Assembly: GCA_010093605.1 (NCBI GenBank)
Contig: MU004198.1
Location: 126,726 to 190,725 of the forward strand
Direction of reading: 5' to 3'
DNA: 64,000 bases
From: Lophium mytilinum
Taxonomy: Eukaryota
In this document: positions 63,552 through 64,000 of the stretch, piece by piece
Layout of the letters: every line of letters starts with the position of its first letter
Position numbering within the stretch: the stretch's first letter is position 1
Made by a program: the position numbers and the translations under genes
The notes under the pieces: model-generated
Told to the model about the DNA's origin: nothing
Database searches by the model: none
What the model saw: only the letters and a program-made list of their open reading frames with translations

Positions 63552-64000
63552 ATGGCGATGGTCGACTGCTTGGTACATGCAGTGAGCTGACTTCAACATC
63601 AGCGTGGGTGGATGGGAGGCTGAGATAACGCCGGCTTGACTTCAACATTTTGCTCAACACTCAGACTGCCTTCCCCATTTCCTTAGTCTGACCAGATCCA
63701 ACACACTCATTCAGAAGATGCAATAAACCTTGATTCTTGATCAAATCTCCACATTGCCACGTGACCCCCCTAATCCCAATATCTTCGTCAAACAGACCCA
63801 TCTCTTAAGGTACATCGTCGCACTCAGCTAGACATTGAAACGTAAAGTATGTTCATCAGTGCCATTCTGTAGAGTATCAATGAGACCATTCGTTGAAAGT
63901 CGTCCATTTAGCCTTCTTGCCTCGGTCAACTCTAAATGAACTTCAAACTGACTTCCAACTCCTATTCCCTCCTCCTCTCCACATCTCCTCCAATAGCTAT

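Overview
This is genomic DNA from a filamentous ascomycete (Pezizomycotina). The evidence is short GT-AG introns with CTRAC-type branch sites and a RIP-mutated repeat; the species cannot be determined from the sequence. The conserved backbone comprises LCB2, a PAH1/KAL-1-type homeobox TF, MDM10, MRT4, TIF3/eIF4B, a Tim17-like membrane protein, STE50, SUS1/ENY2, CDC48, an AhpD/CMD-like protein, a SAM methyltransferase, SAM35/metaxin, a Cys-rich single-pass protein, a paxillin-like LIM protein and INO1. Accessory DNA is interspersed. (i) At the left edge is the C-terminus of a protein ending in a two-repeat HET-s-like amyloid motif. (ii) One gene carries a degenerate His-Cys-box/His-Me finger domain. 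(iii) A partial tandem duplication of an AIG2/GGCT-like gene has produced a chimeric ORF. (iv) A mosaic transcription-factor gene appears stitched from SltA/ACE1, TALE-homeobox-C2H2, MtfA and a fourth TF fragment, with an in-frame TGA. (v) A 3.8-kb heavily RIP-mutated PIF/Harbinger-type DNA transposon with 13-bp TIRs and an ACT target duplication sits upstream of INO1. All family assignments come from motif recognition by eye; no database searches were run, and exon boundaries are manual predictions.
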